Shown in pieces: positions 1-11,290 of a stretch of DNA of 32,586 nucleotides. The stretch comes from Macrostomum lignano. Its lineage: Eukaryota. Position 1 is the first letter of the stretch. Every line of letters starts with the position of its first letter. Made by a program: the position numbers and the translations under genes. The stretch is from contig NIVC01004876.1 of assembly GCA_002269645.1 (NCBI GenBank), positions 1 through 32,586 of the forward strand, written 5' to 3'. The notes under the pieces were generated by a model. It saw only the letters and a program-made list of their open reading frames with translations, did not search any database and was not told the DNA's origin.

Positions 1-1272
1 AAATAATAAAAAATAACCTCACAACAAATATAATAAATACTTTATAAAACATTTATCTTTCTAATATCTTTATGTTAATTAGGTCCTAGGCCATATATCC
101 TTAACTTTGAAAAATCAATTTAATTTAATTGCAAGCATTTGCTGTATAGAGATGCCCTACATAACAGTTTTGTCTGTGGATTGCTCTAGGCAATCAGTCA
201 TCAGCTTGATAGGACTTTTTTGCGTTATATTGGATGTTTGTTGTCATGTAGGGCATCTCTGACATTCTGACAAGAATTAAAGCATTTCAATGAAGATTTC
301 AAGAAATTGGGCTACTTTTCCATAGACAAACTTCACTCATTTTTTTACTTAAATTTACCATAGGCTTAGTATAGACACTTTTTTTTCTTACCAATAATAA
401 AGCAAACTTTTTTCTAATCAGGCTATATTTGCACTGACAAATTTCACTTACTTAGACAAATTTGAAGTCACATTCTCTAAAAATTTACTATGGGCCTAGC
501 CTACCTCGACACTCATTCTCTTCCCCTTGAATGCTATATAGTTTTGCATATGCTGGCAAACAATTTGAACTCACTTTTGATGAATCCAAAGTTAAAAAGG
601 TATATTAACTACAGTATAATACATATTACTATACATTTTCAAATGCAACAATTGGTAAGATCAGACATAGTAGATATTTCAACCATAGGCCTAGAGTATT
701 TTATATTTATGAATATTTGCTTGGTTTTTAATAAAGATAAGGCCAACAAAACTATAGATGATAATAAAATGCCTGTGGCTACTGGCTAGGGTCAGATAAA
801 ATTTTGATTGATAATTTATCATCATGATCTTGGCACTTTTCTTAATCTCAATCTTGGTTTTTGAAATCTAAAGAAACAAGTCAAGATTTCTAACTATAAT
901 CTATGTAACTATTTGTGATTGTGACTATGATTATTATATTTATGTTTGATATTTATCAAGTTATTAACAAGCTCAATATCAGGCCTAAATAATCACTGCA
1001 CATTTCCTTTCATCATCATTGCATTGTACACATATAACAAATAACATTAATATTTATTATCATTGAATTGAAAGCAGATAGAGTAGGCCCCTGTTGCAGG
1101 CTGTCGGGGAAGTCGAGGAAATCCCACACATTTAAGCCACAGTTGGGGTCGGACAATTTTCAAGATTGTCAAGACTCGATAGATATCTATTACTGTCAAG
1201 TGGGCCTATTTATTTACAACGTATTCATTTCCCGATTGACATTCAGATTCACATTCAAATTTTAACAAGATT

Positions 1273-1613
1273 AAACATTCGCCGACACTTATTCAGACAC
1301 TTCTACAGACACTTTAGTTTCTGTCGTACGAATCGTATGAATTAGGATATTAGGATATTAGGATGAATTAGGATAAATACGAATTAGGAAGTGTCCTGGA
1401 CAAATTTAACATTCTTCTTTACGTGAAGAGAATCTATGCAGAATAACAAATTTCATGATTCATATTTAATAAAATAAAGCAAAAAAAGCTTAAAATAAAG
1501 CAGTTTACTGGTAGTTTGTTAGGAATAAACAAATTTAATGCTTGTTCCTACGATTCGTACGACAGAAACTAGAGTGTCTGTAGAAGTGTTTGAATAAGTG
1601 TCGGCGAATGTTT
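1273..1613. mobile_element. MITE-like foldback element with ~69-bp terminal inverted repeats
   Basis: 1273-1341 (aaacattcgccgacacttattcagacacttctacagacactttagtttctgtcgtacgaatcgtatgaa) is the near-perfect reverse complement of 1545-1613. Non-coding AT-rich interior. No clear TSD. Confidence 0.75.
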
Positions 1614-1628
1614 CATACGTGAATTAAG

Positions 1629-1888
1629 GGGCCTTTTCATATTACCAATTCCAGAACCAGAATCGGTTCGGAATTCCAAGAAAAACAGCAGTATAACTAT
1701 TAAACTCTGTTAATATTTGACTGCCTTAACAACCTAACTTAGCACAATTTTTCACTTTCTTCTTGGCGATTGTCATTCAATAATAAAAACTTTATAGCCC
1801 GTATTTCCCTCTAGTTATGGAGACAAAAAGTTATACTTCACAAATTGGTTCTGGTTCTGGAACCAGAGCAAGCAATATGAAAAGGCCC
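1629..1888. mobile_element. Short non-autonomous DNA transposon with GGGCC termini (PIF/Harbinger-like MITE)
   Basis: 15-bp TIR GGGCCTTTTCATATT ... AATATGAAAAGGCCC, plus subterminal inverted ccagaaccagaa/ttctggttctgg. Flanks aag/tag give only an imperfect 3-bp TSD. Confidence 0.6.
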
Positions 1889-2925
1889 TAGAAGTATTTG
1901 TTTGACAGAATAATATTTAACTACTTTTTGAATCGCATTATAGAATAATCGTTTTGCATCGATCAAGGTCATACGGTATCGGTTTTTTATAATTTCCTAC
2001 TTAAAATCTTGTCGTTCTGTTGTTAGTCGTTAGCCGTTCGAAAATACCGTAAAAATTCCAGACGCTCTTTCAAATACCTTACTTATACAGATCATTTTTA
2101 GAAAGCTCTTGAGGTTTACATTGCAGATAATCAGCGTGATAAATAGTTCAATTTTTACTTTACATCAGCGGCCTGGCTAAACAAAAGAATCGTTTTGTCA
2201 ATCATAAAAGACTCGTCATGTAAACCATAAAATGAATTGTCATATGTCAGCTAGCCATAAAAGATTTTCTAAGATGCCAATTAAGGTTAATAGGAGGGAA
2301 TTGCTGAGTTGCCAACGCTCATGGGGAAATCGCTGAAATTCTGTGGCTAAATGCTCATGAAGAATCGCTGAGATGTCAACGGCTTTCGGAGGAGGTTTGG
2401 TGCAATGTACGTTGCACATGGCTTTTGATTATGAGATGTCAAGGTTCATTTGGGAAAGGAAGAATTTGTTTCAGAATAACCTACACTTGTGGGTTTTGAA
2501 CAATTTTACAGCCACTACTGTTATTAATTAAGGAAAATAATGTTGAAAGCAAAAAAGCATCCTAAGCTCCTATAGCAAATCACCCTTTGAGCTTTGGCTG
2601 AGCATCTGAGCAACCTCTCCAAGAGCCACAGCGTTTTAGGAATCCCCCATGCACGAGACTTTACATTTCAGAAATCCCCTTCGAGACTTTTCCCAAACAA
2701 AAAAATGTGACAACGCAAAACTGCCCTCAAAAAGATACGCACCAGCTCAGCTACTGTGTAATTACAAAGCGTGCATCACACACCGTAATCAACAGCCTCT
2801 CACACTACGACGCCTGATATTCTGACGTAAGGGCCTTGAAGGAAGATGCGCCTCAGAAGCCTACATCAGCAGGAGATTGCCGCGCTATGTCAATGCACAA
2901 CGATCGAGGGTCAAGTAAGAGCTAA

Positions 2926-3263
2926 CCCGTACAACAATCCGACGTCGCACCGACCTCTGAACCGACGTCGTACGACGTCTATGTAACATTACGTGTTTCC
3001 TATTGGTCGGACGTCGGGCCGACGTCGAAGTCGTAGTCCGAAAATTTATTTCGCGCTGCTTTAACATTTATTTTCGCGGGATGAACTGGCAAGCAATACT
3101 GTTATGCTTAATTTAATTATTTAAGGCGAATAACGTGAATTAAGGCGAATTTAATTTTTCGACTACGACTTCGACGTCAGCCCGACGTGCGACCAATAGG
3201 AAACACGTAATGTTACATAGACGTCGTACGACGTCGGTCAGATACGTCGGATTGTTGTACGGG
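2926..3263. mobile_element. MITE with ~125-bp CpG-rich inverted arms and TAA target-site duplication
   Basis: CCCGTACAACAATCCGACGT... pairs with ...ACGTCGGATTGTTGTACGGG. Arms match apart from a ~10-bp indel and a few substitutions. TAA lies at 2923-2925 and 3264-3266. Confidence 0.85.
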
Positions 3264-3468
3264 TAACAAGAGAGTGACCCTAAGTGACCCAGTCGATGTT
3301 CACCTAGTGGGAGGGAACTGAAGTCTCAGTCGTTCTCAAGCGAGTCCACCAACAGTCCGACAGGGTCTGCGGGGCGAGGGCTCAGTGGGCTGACTTATAG
3401 AAGGCTGCGTGCCAACACCGCACTCCACAAACTGAGCAAAGCCTCAAGGAGCGGGAAAACACACGGAC

Positions 3469-3978
3469 GGATGGCTCGCTCACAGACAACACACCAGATG
3501 GCTCGCTCACAGACAACACACCAGATGGCTCGCTCACAGACAACACACCAGATGGCTCGCTCACAGACAACACACCAGATGGCTCGCTCACAGACAACAC
3601 ACCAGATGGCTCGCTCACAGACAACACACCAGATGGCTCGCTCACAGACAACACACCAGATGGCTCGCTCACAGACAACACACCAGATGGCTCGCTCACA
3701 GACAACACACCAGATGGCTCGCTCACAGACAACACACCAGATGGCTCGCTCACAGACAACACACCAGATGGCTCGCTCAACAGACAACACACTAGCTGGC
3801 TCGCTCACAGACACAACACACTAGCTGGCTTGCTCACCGACACAACACACTAGATGGCTCTCGCTCACAGACACAACACACTAGCTGGCTCGCTCACCGA
3901 CACAACACACTAGATGGCTCTCGCTCACCGACACAACACACTAGCTGGCTCGCTCACAGACACAACACAACAGATGGC
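3469..3978. repeat. 27-bp minisatellite (ATGGCTCGCTCACAGACAACACACCAG)
   Basis: 11 identical units at 3471-3767, followed by diverged 28-30 bp variants up to ~3978. Confidence 0.95.
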
Positions 3979-4757
3979 TGTCAAGTGTTGTCAAGTCGCT
4001 GAAGAATCCCAGAATTTATGACTTTATGTGCTCAGCTCCAATTTTGTTGTCCAGCACAGAAAACACTTATAAACTTCAAGTAATTTACAGGCCAGTAATC
4101 TCAGTTGTAGGTATGCAGATATTTCTCTTCCCGACACAGCCGATCAATAGTGCTACCTTCATAAAGCGAAGTAATTACGTAAAAATACCCACAGGGAAGT
4201 CAAGTCATAAGCTAACATTGGAGCGAAATTCATTGCTTTCACAGATTGATTCAATTCAGGGAGTGGCGACAATAAACGGTTCCCAGCCTTCTTGCATTGC
4301 CATTCAGTTGAGATGTATAGCAGGCAATTAAAAAATTGCAAGGCTGGTCTGCTCCCAGATTTCTGCTTAGATCCTATATGCCAAAACTGGTTTGTTTATT
4401 CCTGGAAATGTTTCATTTGGCACCGTATATGAAAATGTAGATTTACGTGCAACCGATAAAAGATTTAATTTTAATTCAATCAAATTTCAGTCACTTTCCA
4501 ATCTTTTTTCCCATCCTTTTCCCGTCTTTTTCATCCTTTCCCCAAATTTTTCCCCGCCTTTTCCCATTCTTTCCCCATCTTATTACCATTCGAATGACTC
4601 TTATTTTATTTTACTAATTTTAGCGTTTGCATTAAGCTCTGCCGGCTTCTTAAGATTTCATTATAAATATAATTCTTTCAAACAACTCATTCGGCAAAAA
4701 GCAATAGTCTGTGGCCAACAAATTTATGATATCAATAAACCCGTTGGGATATCGAAG

Positions 4758-4829
4758 ATGAAAACTATTCAGCATTTGAGCACCCAAAACGTTTGGGCAG
4801 CAACTAAAAATTTGTCGAATCCTGTTGCG
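4758..4829 (+). CDS. Possible first exon (coding or 5' UTR) of the uncharacterised disordered-protein gene
   Basis: ATG at 4758 (MKTIQHLSTQNVWAATKNLSNPVA) and donor GTAACG at 4830. A 54-nt intron containing an in-frame TGA ends CAACAG at 4883. Splicing joins in frame to YRLK-MASAS. Confidence 0.4.
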
Positions 4830-4895
4830 GTAACGCCTAAAAGCAAATCGTGAGGTCGGTTAAATAATTGTCCAAGTCAACAGTACCGACTCAAA

Positions 4896-6551
4896 ATGGC
4901 GTCGGCAAGCACCTGCGGCAGGCAGCATGCTCCAATGGGCACGCCAACCAGCGATGGATTCGAACCCAAGCAGCCTGACTTAGAGAAGAAAAAGGTTGTC
5001 ATCGACTACTCACCTGGTCCGGATTCCATTAGCAAAGTGATGCGGAAGCGAACCCTGTCGATGATGGAACTCCTAGGTGACAATTTTGACGGCAAAGAAG
5101 CTCGGTCTACGGATTTTCCTAAGTTTTCTGCATCCAGCAGAGGATTTTCAATTGAAAAGCACTCATGCAAACCGCCTGTAGCATCGAAACCTGATATTAA
5201 CCGTGAGGCTAAGCAGGTGGAAGATCGCAAAAGTGCAAAAAGATCGCAGTGCGGCATGCGCCAGGAAGATGACGTCCAACCGGATCAGCAGTTTTCCATA
5301 CAGCAGTCCGACCACCGATGCCGCAGAGTGGCGCCCGGACAAGAATGCAAGCCTAAGCCAAAGACGAAGCCTTGCACATTTCCGCAACTATCGTTAGCAC
5401 TGTTCCCAATGCCTATGCCTATGGACGATATGCAACAAGTTCGACAACCAAAAAGTGGTAAGCGAGCAGATCAAACCACCATACACAGTGCTTCCACACG
5501 GTTCCCACAATTTGAGGATAGCAAAGGTAAGAAGAAACTTCGGGTTTCCTTCGCTCAAGAAGCTGAAGAAGACATCACAGCAATGTACACGCGATGTGAT
5601 CCGAAATGGCAGGAGAGACTAGCCAACGAAACAGCCAAAAAGGGGCGAAAAACAGCTGCAAAAGAAAACCAAAGCCGAGAACAGATCAATCCAGACATTG
5701 GTAAGATGCCAAACTACACTGAGCAGTCGGGGAAACACCAGACGGTGCAACAAAAGCAGCCAAGTGTCAAAATTCAGCAGGAAACAAAGCGTAACATCAC
5801 GGAAACGCAACTGAATGAGCTCCAAAGGTGCGTAGGCATGTATGATGATGGCAACTATCCTCAGGAAACAAACGCTGAACCAGAACTACCGGAAGCACCC
5901 CAGTATAGAACTCCAAAAAAATACCGCGGTTCATGCTGGGACATGTACCAGCAAGAAAGTCCGGGAGGCAGCAAGGAAAGTGAGCAAATGGAGCAGCTGC
6001 AATGTACAGAAAGTTCTCTGGGCGATGAGAAGCAGCAAAGTGGAAGCGAGACGCTTCAGGATGCTGAACGACTGCATCAGTGTAACGGCAAAATTTACAG
6101 CGAATATAATCGTGTAGAATTTGAGGCAAATAGGGATGAAGAAGACGAAGACGACACCGAGTCCAGAAAGCCTATAGGGAACGAAAATTTCGAAAAACAA
6201 GCAACCGATAAACAAAGACCTGGCTCAAGTGTTCTAGCAGAACTTGAAGTTAGTCGAATGGAACCAATCCCTATCCAGCAAACAAAGCGCGTTAGTCAGG
6301 ACTACACGCTTCAAATTGGTGTAAGAAATTCCACTACAGGAGAGAGTTTTGCAGAAAACCAGCAAAGCACGACAAGAGACCAAGCTGTCGACAAGACACG
6401 TATTCAAGCCAGTCAGAAGACCAACAGCAGCGAGTTCGGAGATGTAATTCTCAACATAGACCACAAGCACTGGCAAATCAAAAGTCAGTTCAACGACAGA
6501 GTCGCGCTGAAAAGCCACCTTGCATTGGCTTCCAACGGACTGGAGGATTAA
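4896..6551 (+). CDS. Uncharacterised intrinsically disordered Q/K/E/S/P-rich protein, 5' part (contains KKKLRVSF)
   Basis: 551-codon ORF with ATG context aaaATGG. No recognisable domain. The true frame probably ends between 6320 (GTAAGA donor at 6321) and ~6420. Confidence 0.75.
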   Translation: MASASTCGRQHAPMGTPTSDGFEPKQPDLEKKKVVIDYSPGPDSISKVMRKRTLSMMELLGDNFDGKEARSTDFPKFSASSRGFSIEKHSCKPPVASKPDINREAKQVEDRKSAKRSQCGMRQEDDVQPDQQFSIQQSDHRCRRVAPGQECKPKPKTKPCTFPQLSLALFPMPMPMDDMQQVRQPKSGKRADQTTIHSASTRFPQFEDSKGKKKLRVSFAQEAEEDITAMYTRCDPKWQERLANETAKKGRKTAAKENQSREQINPDIGKMPNYTEQSGKHQTVQQKQPSVKIQQETKRNITETQLNELQRCVGMYDDGNYPQETNAEPELPEAPQYRTPKKYRGSCWDMYQQESPGGSKESEQMEQLQCTESSLGDEKQQSGSETLQDAERLHQCNGKIYSEYNRVEFEANRDEEDEDDTESRKPIGNENFEKQATDKQRPGSSVLAELEVSRMEPIPIQQTKRVSQDYTLQIGVRNSTTGESFAENQQSTTRDQAVDKTRIQASQKTNSSEFGDVILNIDHKHWQIKSQFNDRVALKSHLALASNGLED

Positions 6552-7396
6552 ATCAGCATCGGCGCAGCGAGAGCGAACCGAGTATGCAGCGAGACCGTCG
6601 GATTTCTCCGTCCGGTCAGCGGCCTGAACGAAGTGACGCACTCAGACAAAATACCTGGAAACGTGACGACAACAAAGTCGACCCGCCGCCTCAAACAGTA
6701 ACCAAGTGCTTGGAGCAAACGGTGCAGCAACGACCAAAAGAATCGACAGATATTTTAGATGCATGCAATGAAGCTCTTCGACAAGACTCCGAGCGCAAAA
6801 GAAGGCGAGAGCAAGCGGAAAGAGCCCAGGAGATCGCTTTACTAGAAGCTCTAAAGCCGAAGCGCAAAGCTGCCCCGGAGCAAAACCAGCCAGCAACGAC
6901 CTGCCCCAAGGTTGAATGCCATTGCTCGCTGCACTCGGAGCAGACCTGTAAAGGACCAGCTAAGAAGCGGCCAGTGGCCAAGCCAATAGCAGATTCTGAC
7001 TGCAATAAACAAACAAAAGAGAGCACTAGCGACAGAATCAATCCGGAATCCGCCTGCTCAGAGGACGCAGGCAAAGTGGAATGGGTTCGAGAGGGCCACC
7101 TCCTCGTGAAGCTCAACAACGGCAAGCCGAGCGGTGCAAAGGTTGTGAGCAAAGGTAGCCTCTCCGACGACATATACAGTAGCGGCGATCAGCCGGTAAA
7201 GGCGGAGTCCAGTGAGGCAACGACGCCGGAACAGAAAACGCTAGAAGAAGAGACAATGGAAGATTCATCAATGGTGGAGACTGTTCCTCAGCCTCCTCGA
7301 AACGATTTGCTGTGGGGCGCCGGCGAGGGCGAAAATACATTAGAGACCACTGATGATGACCCAGTCGCGGGATCTAAAAAGAAGTGCTGCTGCTGA
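6413..7396 (+). CDS. Uncharacterised disordered protein, 3' part ending GSKKKCCC*
   Basis: This frame is open from 6296 to 7396, overlapping the upstream ORF, and has the same Q/E/K-rich composition. A CAG acceptor at 6410-6412 would join it in frame to the 6321 donor (92-nt intron). Confidence 0.7.
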   Translation, partial: SEDQQQRVRRCNSQHRPQALANQKSVQRQSRAEKPPCIGFQRTGGLNQHRRSESEPSMQRDRRISPSGQRPERSDALRQNTWKRDDNKVDPPPQTVTKCLEQTVQQRPKESTDILDACNEALRQDSERKRRREQAERAQEIALLEALKPKRKAAPEQNQPATTCPKVECHCSLHSEQTCKGPAKKRPVAKPIADSDCNKQTKESTSDRINPESACSEDAGKVEWVREGHLLVKLNNGKPSGAKVVSKGSLSDDIYSSGDQPVKAESSEATTPEQKTLEEETMEDSSMVETVPQPPRNDLLWGAGEGENTLETTDDDPVAGSKKKCCC

Positions 7397-7616
7397 TTTA
7401 CTACTCACAGTTTTTGTTTCCCATTCGGGCAAAATGCATATAAGCCTTGCAAATTTAATTTCTCAACAGCGTTAAAACCTTTTTCCCCGACATGGTGTCA
7501 AACTGCTACTGAAATGCAATTTATCTCGAAGCATTTGGTCACGATAGAAATTTTCTTTTTGCAAAACTGTCTATTGATTTTGTTTTTTTCTCTGGGAAAC
7601 AAGAAATTGTTTTAAG

Positions 7617-7778
7617 TGTTGCACTTATTAAAAGGAGCCGCGAAATCACGCCAGACTTTCGTGATTAGTCCAGATAAGACCATTAATCAGTCTAGTCACG
7701 AGATAAAAGATCGCAACTCATTAATCTTTCCCTTTCCATCGGGCGAGGGCTTAGGAGTAGTTGGGTGGAAAAATCTAG
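7617..7778 (+). CDS. Putative exon of a small unknown gene (..SLIFPFPSGEGLGVVGWKNL-G)
   Basis: Open frame after a TTTTAAG acceptor. Phase-1 donor CTAG|GTACGG matches the next exon. Confidence 0.3.
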
Positions 7779-7911
7779 GTACGGTCAAAACTCACGACTT
7801 GAAAGCGTGATCCGGCCTGAAGGCAGGAGGGAAAGAAGCAATCATTTTTTCATGAATTTCGTAAATCAGTCAGGCCCTGCTAAGGCTTTTCCCGAGAGCA
7901 GAAAATTGCAG

Positions 7912-8093
7912 GCATGTTTGCGTTAGCCGCTAATATTAGCAAGGAAAAGATAAATTACATGATGCGGGAAGCTGAGACCCTGCAGACCCGGGATGAGGAG
8001 CAATTACTTGCGCGGGCTACCCTGCAAAATGATTTGATAGAGGAGCCCCGGCAAAGCAGCGGGGATATGGATGCATATTCAAAGAGGTTGTAA
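7912..8093 (+). CDS. Putative terminal exon (MFALAANISKEKINYMMREAETLQTRDEEQLLARATLQNDLIEEPRQSSGDMDAYSKRL*)
   Basis: ATTGCAG acceptor in phase 1, 59 protein-like codons and TAA at 8091-8093. No family recognised. Confidence 0.35.
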
Positions 8094-9193
8094 ATTAAAA
8101 TTTTGTAAATGGTACGATTAAATCAACGATAATTTTTTGTTTTACTATACTGAATATAATTTTGAAAACATACTTTCTGGTCTGATGAAACCTGAACTGA
8201 AGGGCTGTATAAAATCGATGAAACGGAGAATCAGCTCCTACAATCTACGAGCGTGGCACTCAACGTTGCTGTGCTAGCTTGCCCGTTATTTTCGAATATT
8301 TGGCTTCTTCTACCAGTCATTAGTCATTTGCTGCCCCGCTGGCCAAATCTCTAAATCTGACTATATCCGACGAATCTTCTCCTGCTCTCAAGGTTCCTTT
8401 CGCCAGGCAAAGAGAGTAGAGAAAATGATCTATAAAAACAATTATATTCTTCTTTTATTAGCCGGCACAACTCTCCAGTTGCATTCCCCTTTCTCAGCGC
8501 ATTCTCAAAACGGAGTATGAAAAAACCAATCGATCTGAAGTCTCTTGGTTCCAGTCACAGTGCTTGAGTGCAATTCCATTGTCTATTTCAGTAATAAATT
8601 TAGAACAGTTTCACTCGGAGAGATGGCAGATTAAAAAAACCATTCATACATATTTGATACGGTGCTTAAAAGTACAAATCGGATGAAGCCGCTTCGCAGA
8701 GATTCGATTTTTCGGTGCATAGGTTGAGCCTATTGACAAACATCGTATACAGTCATGCAGATACATTTATACATAGAATTAACCTACAGTTAGATATACC
8801 TTTAAATTATTATATGCACTTGTAATTGGCTAGTACAGTAACATTCAAAGCCCCACTCAATTATAGGTTTGGTTGCACCAAGGCAATGCAAATTGGTTTC
8901 ATGATTTAACACGCTTTGAAACAAGATGAAACACGTTTTGAGAGAAAGAAAAAGAAAAAATAGCAAAAAGTCATCTACTATTAATTATGGAACACCTGCT
9001 GACCAATGCTGACCACTGCAAACAGGTAACACAAAGAAAGCAAGATAAATTGCATTGCCAGGTAGGTATCGATTTTTGATTCAACGGGATGCAATTTTGA
9101 AGGAGGGGCCATGACTGACAGAGGTGACGCTGGGCTTTCATGACAACCAGACGGGACGCTCCTTAGCTACAATTCTTGACTTGATTAGCCCAG

Positions 9194-9506
9194 TTATTGT
9201 CTCTTGACTGCCGTGAGAATCGCGGGCGCCGCCTCTTCCTCGTCGATGCTATCCTTTGCGGAGCACCGACTCAACTTCAATGGCGCGCGCTTCTGCTTCG
9301 GCTGCTGATGTCGAAGGCCACGCTCGCTCTCGTGCCGGCGCAGCAGTCCGCAGGCCGGTGGCTTCAGGAACTGGTTGAACAGGGCGCTACTTCTCTCGTC
9401 AATGCTGTAGTCGCGACGTAGCCGGTGGCGGCGGGCCTCAGACGAGGCTGCGGATCCGCTGCCGCCGCTACCGGATAGGGAGGCTGCTGACGCGGAGACT
9501 TGGGAT
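9194..9506 (-). CDS. CBARP: CBARP/BARP-like protein, terminal exon
   Basis: CTGCAG acceptor in phase 2. Encodes RRHRLRRDYSIDERSSALFNQFL, matching the recalled CBARP motif RRDYSIDEKTDALFHEFL. TAA at 9194-9196. Confidence 0.85.
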
Positions 9507-10772
9507 CTGCAGGGTTTGAGATCGAGGCTAAGCGATGAGGACGAGATTAGGGTATCCGCGGATGTTGTAGATTAAAGCATCAGTACTTTATGCTAGTAGC
9601 TTGAAAGGTCCGCACAGCGGAGTTGAGCTGTCTCATGGAGCTATTAGCTTTGAACGCTGTTTGGAGGAACTATAAATGCTTCAGATGTGAAAAAATAAAT
9701 CCAGATAACTTCGAGCAGAGTTATATTAGGATACATTTCTGTACAGTGTTAACAAGGGGAGGCTCCCACAATTAATCCAGATTCGATTCTGTTCGGAGAC
9801 TCATCGATTTGCTACTGTGTTGTAATAATTAACATTACACGCTCGTAACAGGTGAATGGCGTGTGCGATTCACGCCAATGACAGCCAACGCCATAGGCGC
9901 AGACATGCCTGACGATGAGAAAATACATGCTGTTTGTTTGCCTGCTTACGTGTCCGCGTGCGTGCCTAAGGCGGGTCAGTGGACCAGCGAACTGCTTTCC
10001 ACCTCTCTGGCAACCTGACAGTGCTCAAAACTGATAAACTAATACTAATATACGAGATACATGCAGCTGCAGCGTTAGCAAGTGGGTCTTCAAAATTTTG
10101 TTTGATAAAATCGATTGCTGCGTCCTGATACAACGATAGCTTCTCGGGAGTACCGTAGTGTTTGGGTTGTCTCCGTGCGAAATAGCTATTCAAACGGATG
10201 ATGCTTTGGCGTAAAATTAATGGGTTGTAACTACAAATTCAAGCGCTTTTTGTGCTAAACTTTGAAGTACGCTCGTAAGTTAACCAGACTCATAAGAGCA
10301 TCTATTTAGACGAGAGCTTCAACGCGCAGGGTCAGCTGCTGAAGATCGAGCTCAGGAGAGCGAATCATGATCAAGAACAGTTTATCATGCTGTTGGGCAG
10401 CCATCATAGGTGAAGATTGAACAATTCCAAGTGCATATAATAGTGGACACTTGTCACTATCATATACCATTATAGAGCATTACAAAAGTTTCTGTAAGGA
10501 ATAAGGTAGTGAAAGTTTTTTTTTAAAAACGCTTGAAACTTTTGTTACCATTAACCGTAGTTCCCTAAGAAAAGACCCCAAGTGGGTGACGTACAGTGGC
10601 AAAGCTGTAACGCTGTAACCCTCTAATTAAATTTTACATCTCCTGTAAACTGACTAAGCTGTTAATGAAACGCTCGGTACCTTCTCTATTTGTACAAGTT
10701 TATTACGCCTTATTTCGCCTGGCCTCGTTTAATCCAGGGCAAGTACGAGCTCGAAAAAGATTTGTTACGCAC

Positions 10773-11149
10773 CTGAGAAACCTAGCAACCAGGGGATTCT
10801 CGTGGCAGCCGTAGAAGACGCCACTGAAGCTTTCTTCCGGACCAAATGCTTCATCGCTTCCGTCGCCTTCGCAGGTTTCGTCCTCGAAGACGCCGTCGCC
10901 ATCGGTCGCCGACGCTTGAAGACAACTGCGACGCTCAACACTGCGGTAGCCGGAATCCCGCTGCAGCAGGCGGAGCTGGCCACGCTTCGCTGAAGAGACG
11001 CAGTCACTGACGTCCTCTGCTATCTCGATGCTGTCCTTACTGTCCTCGGCTTCATCCTCATCGTCGTCGAGCTCGTCCTCGAAGCTGGAGCGCAGTCGCC
11101 AGAGGTCGCGCGCTCGACTATAGTCAGCCTCGCCTTGTCGGAGTTGTCG
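10773..11149 (-). CDS. CBARP: CBARP-like protein, penultimate exon
   Basis: Encodes DYSRARDLWRLRSSFE (cf. DLWSLRASLE) and QLRLLQRDSGYRSVE (cf. LLQMDSGYASIE). CACCAG acceptor and CAG|GTGCGT phase-2 donor match the terminal exon. Confidence 0.85.
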
Positions 11150-11214
11150 CTGGTGTTAATGACGATCTCAGTCAGTGAATTCGGTGTCGCTTTGTTGCCT
11201 TGTTGGGCTGTCAC

Positions 11215-11290
11215 TTCCGGGGGATTTTTTGGTCTGGTGGTTTCCGGTGTGGGTACGTGTGCTTCGTGTGAGGCCTGGGTTTGACCCCAT
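11215..11290 (-). CDS. CBARP: CBARP-like protein, short internal exon (WGQTQASHEAHVPTPETTRPKNPPE)
   Basis: CCGCAG acceptor in phase 2. A 65-nt GTGACA...CACCAG intron removes two stops and restores the downstream frame. Confidence 0.55.

Noticed and set aside
490-789. 99-aa ORF in the AT-rich flank
   Set aside because: Composition is typical of random AT-rich sequence, with no splice or motif support.
3382-3824. Repeat-peptide ORFs (MARSQTTHQ, ERAIWCVVC, SEPSGVLSV)
   Set aside because: A 27-bp unit without stops gives ORFs in several frames on both strands. No splice or flanking support.
6296-6551. Programmed -1 ribosomal frameshift
   Set aside because: No in-frame X XXY YYZ slippery heptamer found. 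An intron or an assembly indel is simpler.
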